In this document: piece after piece, positions 38,600-53,400 of the stretch
How positions within the stretch are numbered: position 1 is the stretch's first letter
Layout of the letters: the number at the start of each line of letters is the position of its first letter
DNA from: Callorhinchus milii
Lineage: Eukaryota
Length of the DNA: 64,000 nucleotides
NCBI RefSeq assembly: GCF_018977255.1
Contig: NW_024704743.1
Coordinates: 37,326,001 to 37,390,000, forward strand
Direction of reading: 5' to 3'
Program-made: the position numbers and the translations under genes
The notes under the pieces: generated by a model
The model's database searches: none
Seen by the model: the letters and a program-made list of their open reading frames with translations, nothing else
Told to the model about the DNA's origin: nothing

Positions 38600-39625
38600 G
38601 TGCATCTACATCTACTGGTTCCCCCCTATCTAACCTGCTAGATACATCTTCAAAAAACTCTAAAAGATTATTTAAGCATGACTTCCCTTTTGTAAAGCCA
38701 TGTTGACTCTGCCTAATCTTGTCATGGTCTTCCAGGAATCCCATAACAACATCCTTAATTAAGGACTCGAAGAATTTTCCCAACCACTGATGTCAGACTA
38801 ACTGGTCTATAGTTCCCCATCTTTTCTCTCCCACCCTTCTTAAATAGTGGTGTTACGTTACAATCTTCCAATCAATGGGAACCGTTCCAGAATCCAAAAA
38901 TTTTTGGAAGATCAAAGACAAGCCATCAACTATCTCAGTAGCCACCTCTTTTAAAACCCTAGGATGTAGGCCATCGGGTCCAGGGGATTTATCAGTTTTA
39001 AGATCTGATACTTTACCTAAAACCATTTCTTTACTAATATTAATTTCCCCAAGTTGCTTGCTAGCATTGTCTTCTTGGTTCCCCTCTATTCTTGGTAGGT
39101 TTTCAGTGTCTAAGGTGAAGACAGTAGCTTGTTTAATGACTCTGCCATGTCTTTGTCCCCTACTATAATTCCCCCCGTCTCTGCCTCTAACAGACCCACA
39201 TTTACCTTTGACAGCCTCTTCCTCTTTATATATTTGTAAAAACTCTTGCAGTCTGTCTTTATGTTCCTCAGTAGTTTGCCCTCATATTCCATTTTCTCCC
39301 TCTTAATCACTTTTTTGGTTCTCCTTTGTAGATCCCTAAAGTTCTCCCAATCCTTGGGTTTACTAGTCATCTTAGCTGTATTATAGGCTTCTTCCTTTAA
39401 CTTTATACTTTCCCTAACTGCTCTAGTTAGCCACGGTTGGGCCCCACCTCTTCCGTGGCATTCTTATTCCTCAAAGGAATACGTGCTCGCTGGGAATGTT
39501 GCACTATCTCCTTAAACATCTGCCTTTGCTGGTCTACTGTCAAATCCTTAAGTCTAATTTCCCAGTTTATTTTAACTAAATCCTCTCTCATACCAGCAAA
39601 GTTGGCTCTACTTAAATTTAAGACC
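38600..39625 (-). mobile_element. CR1 LINE internal fragment (RT N-terminal part)
   Basis: SQHGFTKGKSCLNNLLEFFEDV; KSPGPDGLHPRVLKE; KSFYKYIKRK. Confidence 0.9.
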
Positions 39626-40117
39626 TCTATCTATAACATTTCCTTTGGATCTATTCCTCCACTCCAATGACTATGGTCTAATTGGTAATTTCTCACTTCC
39701 TCCTTCAAAATTCTCTCTTAAACTTCCTTTGTCTCGTCTCCCTGCTTTCAAAACTTTCAAACTCCTCTGACCAAGGTTTTAGTCAACATCCTTAAATTCT
39801 CATATGCAAGCTGTTTCAGCGCTTTGGGACGTCCTCCCAACATGAAAGGGGCCACGTGAACATAATTTGATTGTTGCCAACTGAAAATATGCAAACCTCT
39901 CTATTGCATTGGTATTTTATAATTCACTATAGGCATTTTATTCTCTGTTTATCCTCCTCATAAAAACATGAGTATTCTGACTGTTGTCATTTCATCAAAG
40001 AAAAGGGGGAGAAAGTTGAGAGGGAAACTGCATCCTTTAACTTGTATGCAGTTTAAATTTTATAAAAAATGCCTTAAAGAGCAAATCTCATTTTCAGAAA
40101 GAAAAGTATTAAAATAC

Positions 40118-40280
40118 CGTGTCTAATTGAGATTGTAGATCACACGTTTCAAGATGGGGAATAAGTGTAGAAAACTTGTCTGGATCTGTTGAATTCAGGA
40201 AATTCATCCATTCTTTAAGATTTGTGTGAGTTATTGTTCCTTCCATCAAATCAAAAGTGTTCATAAGTAGCAATACCATC
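40118..40280 (-). CDS. SLC6A20: SIT1 exon 7
   Basis: (R)MVLLLMNTFDLMEGTITHTNLKEWMNFLNSTDPDKFSTLIPHLETCDLQSQLDT (EL4). Confidence 0.93.
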
Positions 40281-40333
40281 CTGTAATCAAAAAAACACAC
40301 CATTATTAATAATTTGGTATAGCACCTCATTAG

Positions 40334-40575
40334 AATAATAATAATCCTTGCATTTGATATGGTGCCTTATCAAGTCTTCGATACGGCTCAAAGTGCTTCA
40401 CAGAACATGCTGTAAAGTGAATTGACTGTATATCTTGTGGGCGAAACGCGGCAGCCAATTGATCAAAGCAGCATCCCACAAACAGTCATGGATGGAATGA
40501 CCAAACTATTATTATTATTTTTTAAAGGGTTGACCCCCAGAAAAGCGATCCGTCAGTCGACTAACATTACTGCTA
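40334..40575 (-). mobile_element. Partial Deu SINE
   Basis: Reverse-complement tail and Deu core. Confidence 0.75.
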
Positions 40576-41127
40576 ATTATTCTAAAGAGTTGGCTAAGGC
40601 TTGCAGACTTTCTGGGTTGGATTATCTAGAAATAGAATACATAGTCTTAATGAAGATGAAACACCGGAGGTTCAGGAGGGGCTGAAATTTAGGAAGGGAG
40701 AAACTTAAGCTCAATTATACAGAAACAAAGTAATAATCTAATAGGTCTGAAGTCAGATAAATCGATAGGTACAGACAGTTTCAATCTCTAGGGTACTAAG
40801 AGAAATAAGGAAAGAGATTGTAGAATTTGTCATAAATTTCCAAAGTTTAATAGAATCAGGAATTGTAGTTTGGAGGACAACAAACTGTAATGCCATTATT
40901 CAAAAGAAAGGAAGAGACAAAGTATGCACCTACATGTGTAGATTTAACATCAGCAGTGGGCTAATTACTAGAATCCATCATGAGCAAAATAATTGAGCAT
41001 CTAGATAATTCTGCACAGATTATAGAGCCAACATGACTTTGTGAAGTGTAGATCATGTCTCACAAATCAAATGACTTCTTTACTCATTTACCACAGAGGT
41101 GATAAAAGGTGATTGATGAATATTTCT

Positions 41128-41484
41128 TAATAATAATACTTGCATTTGATATAGCACCTTATCAAGTCTTTAAGACTTCTCAAAGCGCTTCACAGAATAT
41201 GCCGTAAAGTGAATTGACTGTATATTTTTGTAATGCGGCACCCAATTGCACACAGCAGTATCCCACAGACAGTAGTGGATTGAAGTGACCAATTTATTAT
41301 AATTTTTTTCGAAGGAATTATTACCCTGAAAAAGCGATTCGCCAATCGACTAACAACCGGGTTCCTACTTACCACTAGGTAAACAGAAATGTGTGGAGTA
41401 AGGAAACTTGCCCAATATTTCGCCCTGCCAGGAATCGAACCCAGGTCTCTTGGGTGCTCTAATTACTGAACTATAGAATTCCAC
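41128..41484 (-). mobile_element. tRNA/Deu SINE, long type
   Basis: Reverse-complement head, extra segment, core and tail. Confidence 0.85.
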
Positions 41485-42672
41485 TTTTGGACTGGCATTT
41501 GGTACAAGACAATGTATATTTATCTCACAGCTAGAGGTGAAAAATAGGCCAGCCTTGCCAAGCGGCATTGAAAGTGGGGAAAAATAAACAGGCTTGTGCT
41601 GATACATCAGAACTGCACTGATATAGATCATGGGAATGGAATCATGAACGATGTCCTCCACAGCAGGTTGCACAACATCAAAAGGCCTTACGGAAAATAA
41701 TAGTTATTCCCCCTTATAAAATATCAGTACCAAAGTCTAGTGATATTGTGGAGGATATAAAATGAGGAAGAATCTTTATTACATGAATTGAATATTTAAA
41801 TTAGATTACACAATGTAGTTGCTTAATTTACAAAGAATGTAAAGACGGAAACATAACTAGCCCAACTAGTCCAAGCTGATATTTATACTCCATACAAGTT
41901 TTCACCCATTCCTTATTCCCTCCCATACCCTCTATTCCACTCTTCCTTATGTGAAGGTCTAGCTTCCTCTTGAATGGATCTATACAACAACAACAAATTA
42001 CATTTCTATTGCGCCTTTCATGTTAGGAGGATGTCCCAAGGATATCTACACCTGAGCTGGTGGTTGGGATCAGGAGGGACGGAGGGTAGGGGTAGGATGG
42101 TGACTGAAGGCACGGTCTAAGAGGATGTTAAGACAGGTCTTGAAGGAGACGAAGGAGGGGATGAGGTGGAGGGACTGTGGTGGAGTTCCAGAGGGTGGGG
42201 GCAGAAAGGCTTAAGACCTACTGCAAGGCAGGGGACGTGAAGCAGGCTGGAGCCCGCTGAGCGAGTAGACAGGTTGGTTAATCTTGCTCATGATAGTTGT
42301 GAGGTCAGAGGTAGGGAGAAGCAAGGCAGAGGATGGGTGTGATGGGGTCGCGGAGCCTAGTGCGGGAGAGGACATGGGCTGCAGAGTTCTGGATGATCTG
42401 CAGCCTGTGGGGGGAGGAGTTGGGGATCTATCTCGTCTATACTATTTGGTTCAACCACTTCTTTAGACAGCGATTTTGACAATCTCACTACCCTCTGCGT
42501 GAAGATTAGGATTTCTGCTAGTTAGAGCCAGAGTATCAATTTAAGATAGCAAAGGAATAAACTGGGAAGATAAGGTGGTTTTGTTTAAATATAGAATTGT
42601 TAGATTATTGTAGGTAAAAGGGAAGAGCAAGGTGCAATATATTAAGATTATTTTATTCTAATATACACTTAC

Positions 42673-42914
42673 CTGTCAAGGCAGCTTTCATAATTATGTG
42701 TAGCTTTGAAGCCATATATAGAGAAGGTGACAATGCTGGCAAATACAGATGTCAGACTGTTAATGAAAGCAATGATAACTGCTTGTTTCTCACAATTGTT
42801 ATTTTTCTGGTTGAAACTGGCAAATGCAATCAGACTGCCAAAACCCAACCCAAGTGAGAAAAAAATCTGTGTGGCGGCATCAATCCAGGATTTTGGGTCA
42901 ATCAACTCTTCAAT
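42673..42914 (-). CDS. SLC6A20: SIT1 exon 6
   Basis: IEELIDPKSWIDAATQIFFSLGLGFGSLIAFASFN...YGFKATHNYESCLD (TM6-7). Confidence 0.97.
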
Positions 42915-44956
42915 CTGAAAACACAACAGAATTCAGCGTGAATGGGAAATCAATTATAACTATCAGATTTTTTTTAAACTATAGAACAAACACACAGACA
43001 TTATAGAGTAACTTCAAATGACAAGAAACTTAAAAAAAACAATCTAATTAACTTTGTTTGGTCAGCGAAGTCTAACACAGGAAAACCCATCAGCCCACTA
43101 AAAGGATCTGAACCAGAATGCAGGATATAGTCTATATATGTACGCCACACAAAGTTCCCTGCATCTGGAATGGAATGAAGTGTGTGCTAGGCTACTGCTG
43201 GAGATTAACCATCCAATAATGCATAGCTTGCCATTGAGAGCACTGTTTGGTAATCTTCCTGCTTCTTGTCAAACTAGAACCACCTACCCATTAAGGTTCG
43301 GGCTTGCAAGGTTTAACAGGAGCTGAGTGGCAAGAATCCGTTTTCAGTGATCTGAGACCGATAGGTCTGCATTTCTCCAGGGCACAGTTGATGGCAGATC
43401 AGCCAAACTGGCTCATTGGCAGGACTTTGTGAGGCAGACTAGTCACAAAGAACAGGGATTCCCCCCAACTGAATTAAACACTGAAAACATGGAGGAATAA
43501 CAAAAAGTTCAATAATAAAAGTGAAACAGTAGAAAAATAATCTTTTCTGAACAGTGTGGACTTTTGAATAACAGCCCTTCCTCTTGAGACTTCTTCAAAA
43601 TTGTATTACAGAATTTTTCATGGAAAATTACTGGACCAGTGCAGCTCATTAAAAAGCCAGTTTTTGATGACTTTTTCAAAAAACAAATCTTTAAATATTC
43701 CGTTTGAGTTTTAAAAAAAAGAATAAAAATGATTGCGAATTAATAAGTGTTTTTGCCGCAACATTAGTTTTAGATTTAATGCATCGTGGAAACAGTTTGC
43801 TTTCCACAAATTGTAAAAAAAAATCCATTTTGAATTGATCTCAAGGCTGTGTGCAAAGTTGGTTGCTATATTTCCTAAGAATATACCCTATAATGGAACT
43901 TCTCTTTAGAACCTCAGATTTTAAACCATTCTATGAAAATTGGAATAAACACCGACCCCATCCCCACCGTACATCGAAACTTCACCTATGCTCAAGAAGG
44001 ACTTTTGAAATGTTTGGTTTCAACTCCATCATTTATCACCTGATAATCAATCAGGAGATTACCTTGAGTTACATGTAATCAAAGTTTTATGAGAGCAAAG
44101 TATACAGTCAATTACTTGCGTACCAAGGGGACAGATCCAAATTTCATTGGAAGCGCACCAGCAAAAACTGATTATAGTGCAACAATATCTTATAACTGCT
44201 TCTGAAGTATTCTACTGCGAGTGTGGAATAGTGTTATATCCCAACTCAAGCATGACATTTCAAATAAAGGAAACGTCTAGGGATTTTATTCCAATGAACA
44301 TGGTTTACAAGTCTGTAAATCAATGTGGATCGAACGGTTTAAGTCGACTCCACAATACAAGGAGCAGCAGCCACCCATGTTTTGTGCTATTATGCCACAA
44401 GCACAATACAACAAATCACTAACTACTGCCCATATTTTTCTCTGAGTCATCTCATTTAATGCATTACTAATCTGCATTAAGTCCTAAAGTGCAAACAGTA
44501 ACAAATAGATAGCCTTCACATTCAGGGGCAATCATTACAATTATATTCCAACATAAAGAATCCCAAGTGTGCCATAATGCAACAGAAAATTCTGTTCCTT
44601 GAAAGATAACAGGCAGTTCAAATTTTCTCAGAACACTCAGCTCTTTGAAACATGACAATCAAAATGCCAAAGACTTCACAAGAAGTCCAGATGAAGGTAG
44701 CCATTTGATCTTATCCTTCCCATCTTAGTCATCCTCAGCATTCTTTGCTCCAATCCTATGGATCAGACTAGTTAAGCCTCTCCTGCACTGCCTTGAAGGC
44801 CTGGGCGGTGCCTTATGTTGCAACAAGAACGGTAGGTAGCATTTCAGATTGGATCTGACCAGAGCACTCACTGCACAGCCTCAAATTGGCTTTCTGCAGA
44901 ACTCAATTAATCTGGCAAGCAAGTCCATACAAGAATAAACTCTTGAACTTGTACAG

Positions 44957-45265
44957 GTGGAGTCCTGTAGCTCAGTGGTTAGAGCACTCGCTTTGCAAGC
45001 GAGAGACCCGAGTTCAATTCCAGACAGGGCGAAACCTTGGGCAAGTTTCCTTACTCCACACAGAGCCTAATAATAATCCCTCCAAAAACAATAATTGATC
45101 ATTTTCAATCTACGACTGTTTGTGGGATATTGCTGTACGCAATTGGCTGCCGCGTCCGCCCACAAATATACAGTCAATTCACTTTACAGTGTGTTCTGTG
45201 AAGCGCTTTGGGACGTCCTCCCGACGTGAAAAGCGCTATATCAAATGCAAGGATTATTATTATTA
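44957..45265 (+). mobile_element. tRNA/Deu SINE, short type
   Basis: Near-consensus copy. Confidence 0.9.
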
Positions 45266-47507
45266 GATATTGCACACCAATCTCATTTCTCTTTTAGAAA
45301 TTCCAATGTCATACATAGCTTGTAGATCTTGATAAATATAGCTCAAATCAAAAGTCTTCAAAGAGGATAGGATGAATATCAGTTCAAGATTAAATCCACT
45401 TGATTTAGGTCAGACGATCAGTTTTTGGCATCATTCAGTCTAATAATTTGTATATCTGCATGGGAGAAGGCATCAATACTTGCATTCCAGTATGACCAAC
45501 TGGATTAAATCCATCTGCTCAGACAGGGTATCAATGATCAATAATGCATTACTTTCAAGAGGCAAGATAAATCCTCTAAATCAAGATTTGCTTCATCTGC
45601 AGAATGCTTATCAATACAAGAGTGACATTAACCAATACTGATTAACTGACAGTGTCATTATTGATTGGCTTATTATTAGTAGTCATATCATTATTGCTGA
45701 TTCACCTTTTAGGGCGAAAGTACTGACTGAAGAAGTCTGTGCTTACAGGAATGGTCACTCCATTTTAGCAAAATAGATTTCTTGCTTTAGTCAGCACTTA
45801 TTTTGCCCAATCCTAAACTTACTGCAGAATCGCCAACTTTGCTTGAATTGATTAGTTGTGCAAACATTACTGGGCAAGGCATTTTCAAATTTCTCTAGTG
45901 ATCTCTGCCTGCTTCAAATTGATTCCCCACTTGATTGAAGTTGGAAAATATGTCCTATACTCAGGGCTTGATTAATCCTGGGAACTAAGTTTTGACATCA
46001 TGTAACCAGGATAGACTTCAAATAAATGAAAAAATTGCATTGACACTTCTTGCTTATATTGGAGTAAGTTTCACAACTTTAGAAGGTATATGGTGTTCAA
46101 GGGAATCGATTGGTTGTGCTAATCAATTCCATTGAGTAACAGTGAATAAGTTCCCATGACAGTCGATAAAAATCTTAAAAGCAGCAAGTGGCATTGATTG
46201 GAGGCCAAAGATGAATGGAATGGCCCGAGAAAGGCTCCTTTGAACTAAAATCAAATTATGACCAAATCAAGATATCAATTGTGAAAAACTAAAGGCTAAA
46301 ATTAAAGTAATTAAAATAGGGATTAGATTAGGATAACTAAAATTACAATAAGTTTCTTAATACGCTCAAATAGCTGAACAAAGAAAATATTATGCTATCG
46401 TTATGATGTATCCTTAGACATCAAGATCAAATTGACGATTGTTTAATATCAACTAAGCACTTGCTACAGGTTTACACATTAACAAGTTACATCATCTCAA
46501 TTAGGTACAATAAAAAAGTGCTAAATATTAAATGAATAAACTGTTAAACAACATTTGAGGTTTTAAAGTCTAATGGATTGGGTTATGTAATGACAGTAGT
46601 GGAAAGTTTTGTTATTATTTTGTAAGTAATATCAGGGAATTTAACCACTCTGGTAACTTAAATATACATAATAGATGTATTCCTCTGAATTTGACCCTTA
46701 AAAAAATAAGAACTCATAAAAATAAAAGATAGACTAATTCCACTTGAAAAAAAGAAGTACAAACCTAGCCCTTAATATAAAGACTTGCCAGTGGATTGTG
46801 CCAAGGTTTGTTTGCATTTTCTCTTTGCTTTGCCAATTGTTAAGGAATGGTGCACAGAACTCACTCTAGTCTCAAAGAAGCCAACTTTACAAATTTTATG
46901 ATAAACAGGATTGCAAACCTCTAAAGGCCAATGCGAGATCAAATTTCATCCATGGATGGGTAGCTATGATTTAGCTTTGAATATTCAATGGGAAGTGGTG
47001 ATTTGGCTACCTGGCATGCACAAAAATACTAGCAAAGGATTTATGGAATATAAACCTAAGCCAGGAGACAAACTAAATGCAAATCTATACGTGAATATAT
47101 AGACTACTAGTAAAGAGCTTATGGAATATAAAACTAGTTGCGACACAGAGCTAACAATATAGGGTATAAACTAGTTAAGAATCTATTCTCAGCCTACCAA
47201 TAATTCACTTAACAGTCTAAAGAATACAGAGGCATCAAAATGTGGAGAAAGGGCCTTTTTCCTGCCTCCCATCAATCAGAGCATTAGCAGTGTACTAAAT
47301 ATTAAGGAAATGTTCTGATTGATTCTCCCTGTGTCAGCCAAGCTATGAGAGAAATACTGAAATAGATTTATTAATGGATTGTTTAAAAATATCAAGGAAT
47401 AAGCAGGCAAAATTAGAACACGTGCCCCTAAATAACCTTCCTAGTGCACTAGCTTGCACAATATTTTTCACCTAAAATCATTATTATCAAACACTATAGT
47501 ACAATAC

Positions 47508-47618
47508 CTTTGGTGTGAACATATACTTGAGTCCATTCACTGCTCCAGGGAGGGTCACTCCTCGAATTAGATATATAAGGAGCACCAGGTATGGAAAAGA
47601 GGCAGTTACATACACCAC
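47508..47618 (-). CDS. SLC6A20: SIT1 exon 5
   Basis: [37 protein letters not shown]; tag/gtattg boundaries. Confidence 0.96.
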
Positions 47619-49282
47619 CTATTTAAAAGAAAAATGTAATTGGCATAATTAGTCTCACTAATTTACAAGCTCTACTAATCATTTTCTTGTCAAATTTCCA
47701 TCCAATGTTATTGATTACTGATGGATTACTAGAAACTAGGAATCAGTCAAACGTGCCAATATTGCGTGTTCCTCCAAAAGGAACAATTAACTATTTACTT
47801 TATATACTGTCCTGGCTTCAAACCATGAGAGCAGCTTGATTTATTTTTTTAAAAAATACTAGTTTGTGCTAATTCTGACAATTTCACATAGATGTATCTT
47901 ATCAAAAGAAATGTTAAATGGGAAAGGTTATGATAAATTGTTCGGGAAATATTTCATTAGTTTATTGAAGACAACACAATGATGTAACAGGACAAAATGT
48001 GTAGCTTTCTTCCTCACTATGTAACCTTTTTTTAATAGAGGTTAGGGCGACTTCTGCAAAGGGAAAGTTAATGAGTACTATCTCTAGGTCAAGGTACTAG
48101 CTCCCACTTTCAACAATCTTGCAAAAAGCACCCTTACCGTGTTGCTAAACAAGCTGATTAATAATCTTTATTTGATATAGCACTTTTCACATCAAGATAA
48201 CATCTCAAAGTACATCAAAGGATATATATATATATAGATAGATAGTAAAGTGCAGTAACTGTATTTTTTCACTTACCAAGCACCCTGAAGGGCCCTGAAA
48301 AGATTGCTCTTAACTTTTAGAAAATCCAAACTTGAATAGCTAGAAGGGAGCATTCATTGGCAACTTATAAAATTAGTATAAGGCAGTATAATTTTTTAAA
48401 AAAAGTTAATTTTAAATTCATGATGGATCTGGATGTCAGATCAGGTATCAAAATCTTACTGAAGTATAAGATCACTTGTCAAGATCAGCTATAAGCAAGT
48501 TAAATACTTTTAAGGTTTGATCCTAGAAAGACTACTGGACCTGGTGACATGAATGTGTGGTGATAGTTTTGTTTGAAACCTAGTTACTTTTTAAGATGGG
48601 ACTTAACAAGAGACAGGGATGTAAGAAAATGAAGGAGTAGAGGGAGAGTTCCAGAGGCTAGGGGCACTGAATCAGAAAACTCACACTGATGGTGAGACAG
48701 GAGATAGCTAAGTAGAGGGGGGCCGAGGTAAGAAAGAGAGGAGTGCTATAGTTGAAGGGATTTGTAGGTAAGAATTATGAAATTGATCTCTGAGAACCAG
48801 GTGAGATGGGATGATAGGCATGCAAAGTGCCCACAGTAACAATCAAATCAGATGTCAAAATTTATAACCTATTATCGCTACTTCCAATTGTGTAAAATTC
48901 AAGGAAATAAGTGAACGAGGAGCTATTGCAACAGCTCAATCACATCCAAACCACTTGTCTGGTTGCCAATTTGGCTTTAGAGGGAAATAGTTGCCTTTCA
49001 ATCTCATAGGGCTGAAATGAAGACCCTCATGTCATTCATAACAAATTTAGAAAAGTAACCTTCTACAGCTTCAAAATAATCAGGATGATGTCACATTCAG
49101 ATCTTTCAGTAGCTTAATTCTTAAGACATGTATCAATAAATTGATAAAATTACATTTCCAACTTCTCATACTAGCAAGCCTTGATATGTGCTCACCTGCT
49201 CCATAAAACATTGATACATGTGTTCCAATAATAATGTTCAACTGAATACCTCACTAAAGGGTCTCTGTTTTCAAAAAGTTAC

Positions 49283-49510
49283 CTTGCCAGTAGATTCAGT
49301 TCCGCGAATGATACAGAGATACACCACTAGCCAGGATAATATGAGGCAAAGAACCATTCCCCAATGGAAGGTCCCAGGTTCGTTAATTGAGGAAGTGATG
49401 TTTAAAGTTTCTCTGTACCAGAAATATTCAGTGGGGGAACTTTTGGCACATTCTTCAACATACTCAGTTCTGTTGGTAGTTAAAGGGCACCTAGCCCAGG
49501 GCAGAGGATT
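49283..49510 (-). CDS. SLC6A20: SIT1 exon 4
   Basis: NPLPWARCPLTTNRTEYVEECAKSSPTEYFWYRETLNITSSINEPGTFHWGMVLCLILSWLVVYLCIIRGTESTGK. Confidence 0.96.
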
Positions 49511-50100
49511 CTGTGAATGGGATGGGGGAAAAAGACTCAGGTTAAACCACTGAAGTCAACACAAGTTACTGGACAGTTTCATATGGCAAAACCAAGTAAT
49601 GATTTTACGTACATTGTATTTTGCTGAAATAGCACCGATATCAGTACAGAAAATGAGTGATATTACAGTGGAATGATTATATACAATTATGTATTAAATG
49701 CATATATCAAAGACTAGGATTATTATTATTATACAATCATTGCAGAGAGCATACTTAGTTGTCAACTCCCAAGATCCGGGTATGTTACAAAACCAACACC
49801 AAATGATAAAACAAAAATTAAACTCTTGCTGAAAAGAGAGAAATGAGGAAAAAACAGAAAAATGAATCAAGTTCCCTCAGTCATTTAAATCAATTTGGCT
49901 CAAAATGGACAACAGAAACCAGGAGGAATACAAATGAGGGGAAGTTAGTTTTAAAAAGAGAAAAGGTAATAGAAAACTTTAACTGCATAGGAAAAATTAG
50001 GTTAAAAAAAATGAGAAACAGGATGTCTGGCAAGCAGAATTAAATAGGTCTCATCTTTGTATAGTTTATCTCCAAATCAAATCCTCTTAAATCAACATAC

Positions 50101-50192
50101 CTCAAATGAATGAAATAGATACCAGAAGCTCCAGGCCACTATAGCATTGTAATACACTGAGACCAAAAATGATACAACAACACTCGCAGCAC
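50101..50192 (-). CDS. SLC6A20: SIT1 exon 3
   Basis: (G)AASVVVSFLVSVYYNAIVAWSFWYLFHSFE (TM3). Confidence 0.96.
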
Positions 50193-50284
50193 CTATTTAA
50201 TAAAGAAAAAAGCAATTACTCAACAAAACCAAGGGTCATTGTATGGTATTAAACTTTAAAGATAAACAGGATGACATTACATAC

Positions 50285-50425
50285 CAACTCCAACCAAATA
50301 CGGGTTGATCGTTTTCCATGCTCCAATGCTTCCTTTACGTAGCAATTGTCCTAATGACAGCTCCAGATAGAACAAAGGTAGCCCTTCTACAACTAACATG
50401 ATCACATATGGGATTAAAAATCCTC
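50285..50425 (-). CDS. SLC6A20: SIT1 exon 2
   Basis: (G)[46 protein letters not shown]. Confidence 0.96.
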
Positions 50426-53400
50426 CTGAAAGAGGCAAGAACAGAATTAGCTTCACGAAATTTGATGGGACAAGAAATTCATACAAACTGCCTGCTTAGT
50501 TGGTTCTCCTTGCTTTTTCACTTAATTACATTTTAAAATAGAGCAATATTTCCCTTCCATTTTCTTTTCAGTCCCTCTCCCCCACCTATATTGAGAATAT
50601 TCCCTGCTGAGGAGACTGGGAATTTGTTCCCCAAACTCTACAAATGTTGTTCTACTGTCAATTGGGAGTAGTGTCCAGATTCACTTAATTTTCATTCCTC
50701 AGTCTCAAAAGTTGAACCCCTTGAATTAGCACAGGGTTGAGATAAGAAAACTGGTGAACATGCTCACATGTTCACAACAGGCTTTTGGACAGCCTATCAC
50801 ACTACACTGGTGTTGAAATAACTGGTCAAAAATGGAAATGGAAGTTATAGGGCCAGAAAGACTAATAAATGACTCCAGTGGAACACTATGGCGTTAGAAG
50901 GCAGGGGTGGGGGGGGGGAGAAGAGAGAAAACAATGTCTGAAGGGCAAGAGGCAGGATTGAACAGTGAAAATTAATAAATCTTTTGTATGTGATTTCTTT
51001 TCAAGATCAGAATGTTATTTATACATAAATTTGCAATGATATTCATATTTTGGTCAGCTGGCTGATGTATTCAGAAACCCGTAATCATGCTTAAGAGTAG
51101 CCAAACCAGTCAGTTCCACGTATGTATGCCATATGTTGAAATTTCAAATTTCCCTGCGTCTGGAATAGATTGTGCACTCTGTAATTCTGTAAAGTATTAG
51201 TACAAGTGGGGGGGATCAAGATTTAGGGAGCCTTGAGTGCGTGTTGGGGTACTGCTGAAGTTTAACCTGCTAAAACCGCATAGCGTGCCATTCAGCACTG
51301 TCTGGCAAGCTTCCCATTCTGTGGAAGAATTGCAATGACCTTCATTTGTTCCATGTCTTCTTATGTTAAAGTATGCATTTATACCCTCCCCACCAAAAAA
51401 TGGTTCTCCGACTTGTAAGAAAAGTTTGTGGCTAATTTCTATTCTATGAAATAGCCCTCCTTTTCATTTGAGTGAATGCATTTCTGCATATGTAGATAAA
51501 ACTTTCTATATATATATATATATGCTTTTCTCCACTCTCCACCCGCAAGTACAGAACTGTAAGCTTTTCTCACATGTATGCTTGGAATTATGAAATAAGT
51601 CTGTTAAGAAACAGAGCATCTGATTTTGTGGCAAATCCTAGTGACCTACTTAACACAAACCTATATGTGCACCTGCTTTGTCCCCCATGACTGACCCAAG
51701 TTGAGTCAGGAGCTTCAGGAGAGATAACTGGCACAAATAGAAAAAAATTCCAGTGGAAACAAAGTTCTTCAAATGACATGACAAAAAGAATGCAAATTTA
51801 CATTTTTATTGCACTTCAAGTCAGGAGGATCTCTCAAAGCGCTTTACAGAGCTGACTAGGAGTGCGGGAAACTGAGGAAAATGGAAGAGAAAGGTGACCT
51901 AAAGCACAATTGAAAAAATTAAGGTCTTCAAGTGGGCTTTAAATGTGAAGAATGAGGGGTTGTTGAAGAAGAACCTTGCAGGATAGAGTTCTGTAGAGCA
52001 GGGGCAGAATGGTTGAAAGCTTTCCAGACTTCCAACCTTACAAAGCTGTGGCAACTCAACAAAATCGCATTACTGTCAAAATGCAAAATTACGCATTCCT
52101 TAAGAACTAAGAAAGATTTATGTCTTTTAGCAATGCCTGAAAGGATTAGTAGAGCCCTGAAGTGTAAATGTTATTGAACTGCTAACTAATGTCCAGTTTG
52201 TGTGCAAATGTACAGCACATTTGTGAAGCATTAACTTTTGAGGCAATCAAATTAACTAATCTTTGAAACCAATGAAACTTAAATTGCCTTGAATGGAAAG
52301 GAATTATATCTGTGAAAGGAATCTAAATAGTAACTTCTCTAAATAAGTGGGTTTTTCCTTCCTGAAAGTTACTTGATCCTTTCTGCAACCCACCCCCCTT
52401 ACACTTCCTTGTGCTACTTCAAGATGGTATGCAAGGGATTTGCTCCCAAGCACCTGTCAAAACTTCTCTGTAACTGGGCGTTAGCAACAGCAGGCTGGGG
52501 TAACTTGCCTGCATATTTTTCATATGTTCCATAGGCAAACATTTTCACTTACCAGGAACAATAAAATTGGGAAGCTCACTGCGCTGGAAAATGATCAGTG
52601 TAAACTTAACAATGCATCAGAACTAGCCAAGTTTCATAAGTACAAGAAAAATCATTTGGGCTTATCTGCCTTGTCCCACAATTAAAACAAAACACTCACA
52701 ACACTACACACTCATACCATTTAATTGAACTGCTTACCAAATAGCTATTTTCTTCTTGAATTTAATGACAATCTGCTTATTCCGGTTGTATATTCAGGAA
52801 ACACTGAATAAATTGGGAACATTCTCACTAAAAGAATGCTCAGTGTAGATCTTATTCAAGTATTGCAATTCATAAAGGGTATAAACTGAACAATACTTAC
52901 AATTCTCCTGTTCCCAACAAGAGTCACTACACCACAGAAACTATAGAAATTTACAGCACAGAAGTTGGCCATTCAGCTCATTGTGAGCGTGCGCTGGATC
53001 GTTTAAAGAGATAATCCTTTAAGTCCCATTTACGTAAAGGACCACAGAAATTGACAGCTCAAAAGATGTGCATTACGTACTTTAGAGCATACCTCCTGAG
53101 AAGCGCTTTGAGACATCCTCCCAGCATGACAGGTGACATAAAAGATGCAAGGATTATGATGATCTGCTTCTTCTTGGTCCCATGCTAACAAGATGTAAAC
53201 CTCTCTCCACCTAATGGAACTGCACGTTCTTTCAAAACGAATGTATTCTTCATCCCCATTCTCAAAACTAGACTCTCTCTCATAAACTATTGCCCCATCT
53301 ACAACTTGCACTGTTCCAACTCTCTCACCATTCCCTGTCTCAGACTCAGTCTGATTTTCAAAATGCCCACAAAATATAGCGATTTTAACCAGGGCTCAGG

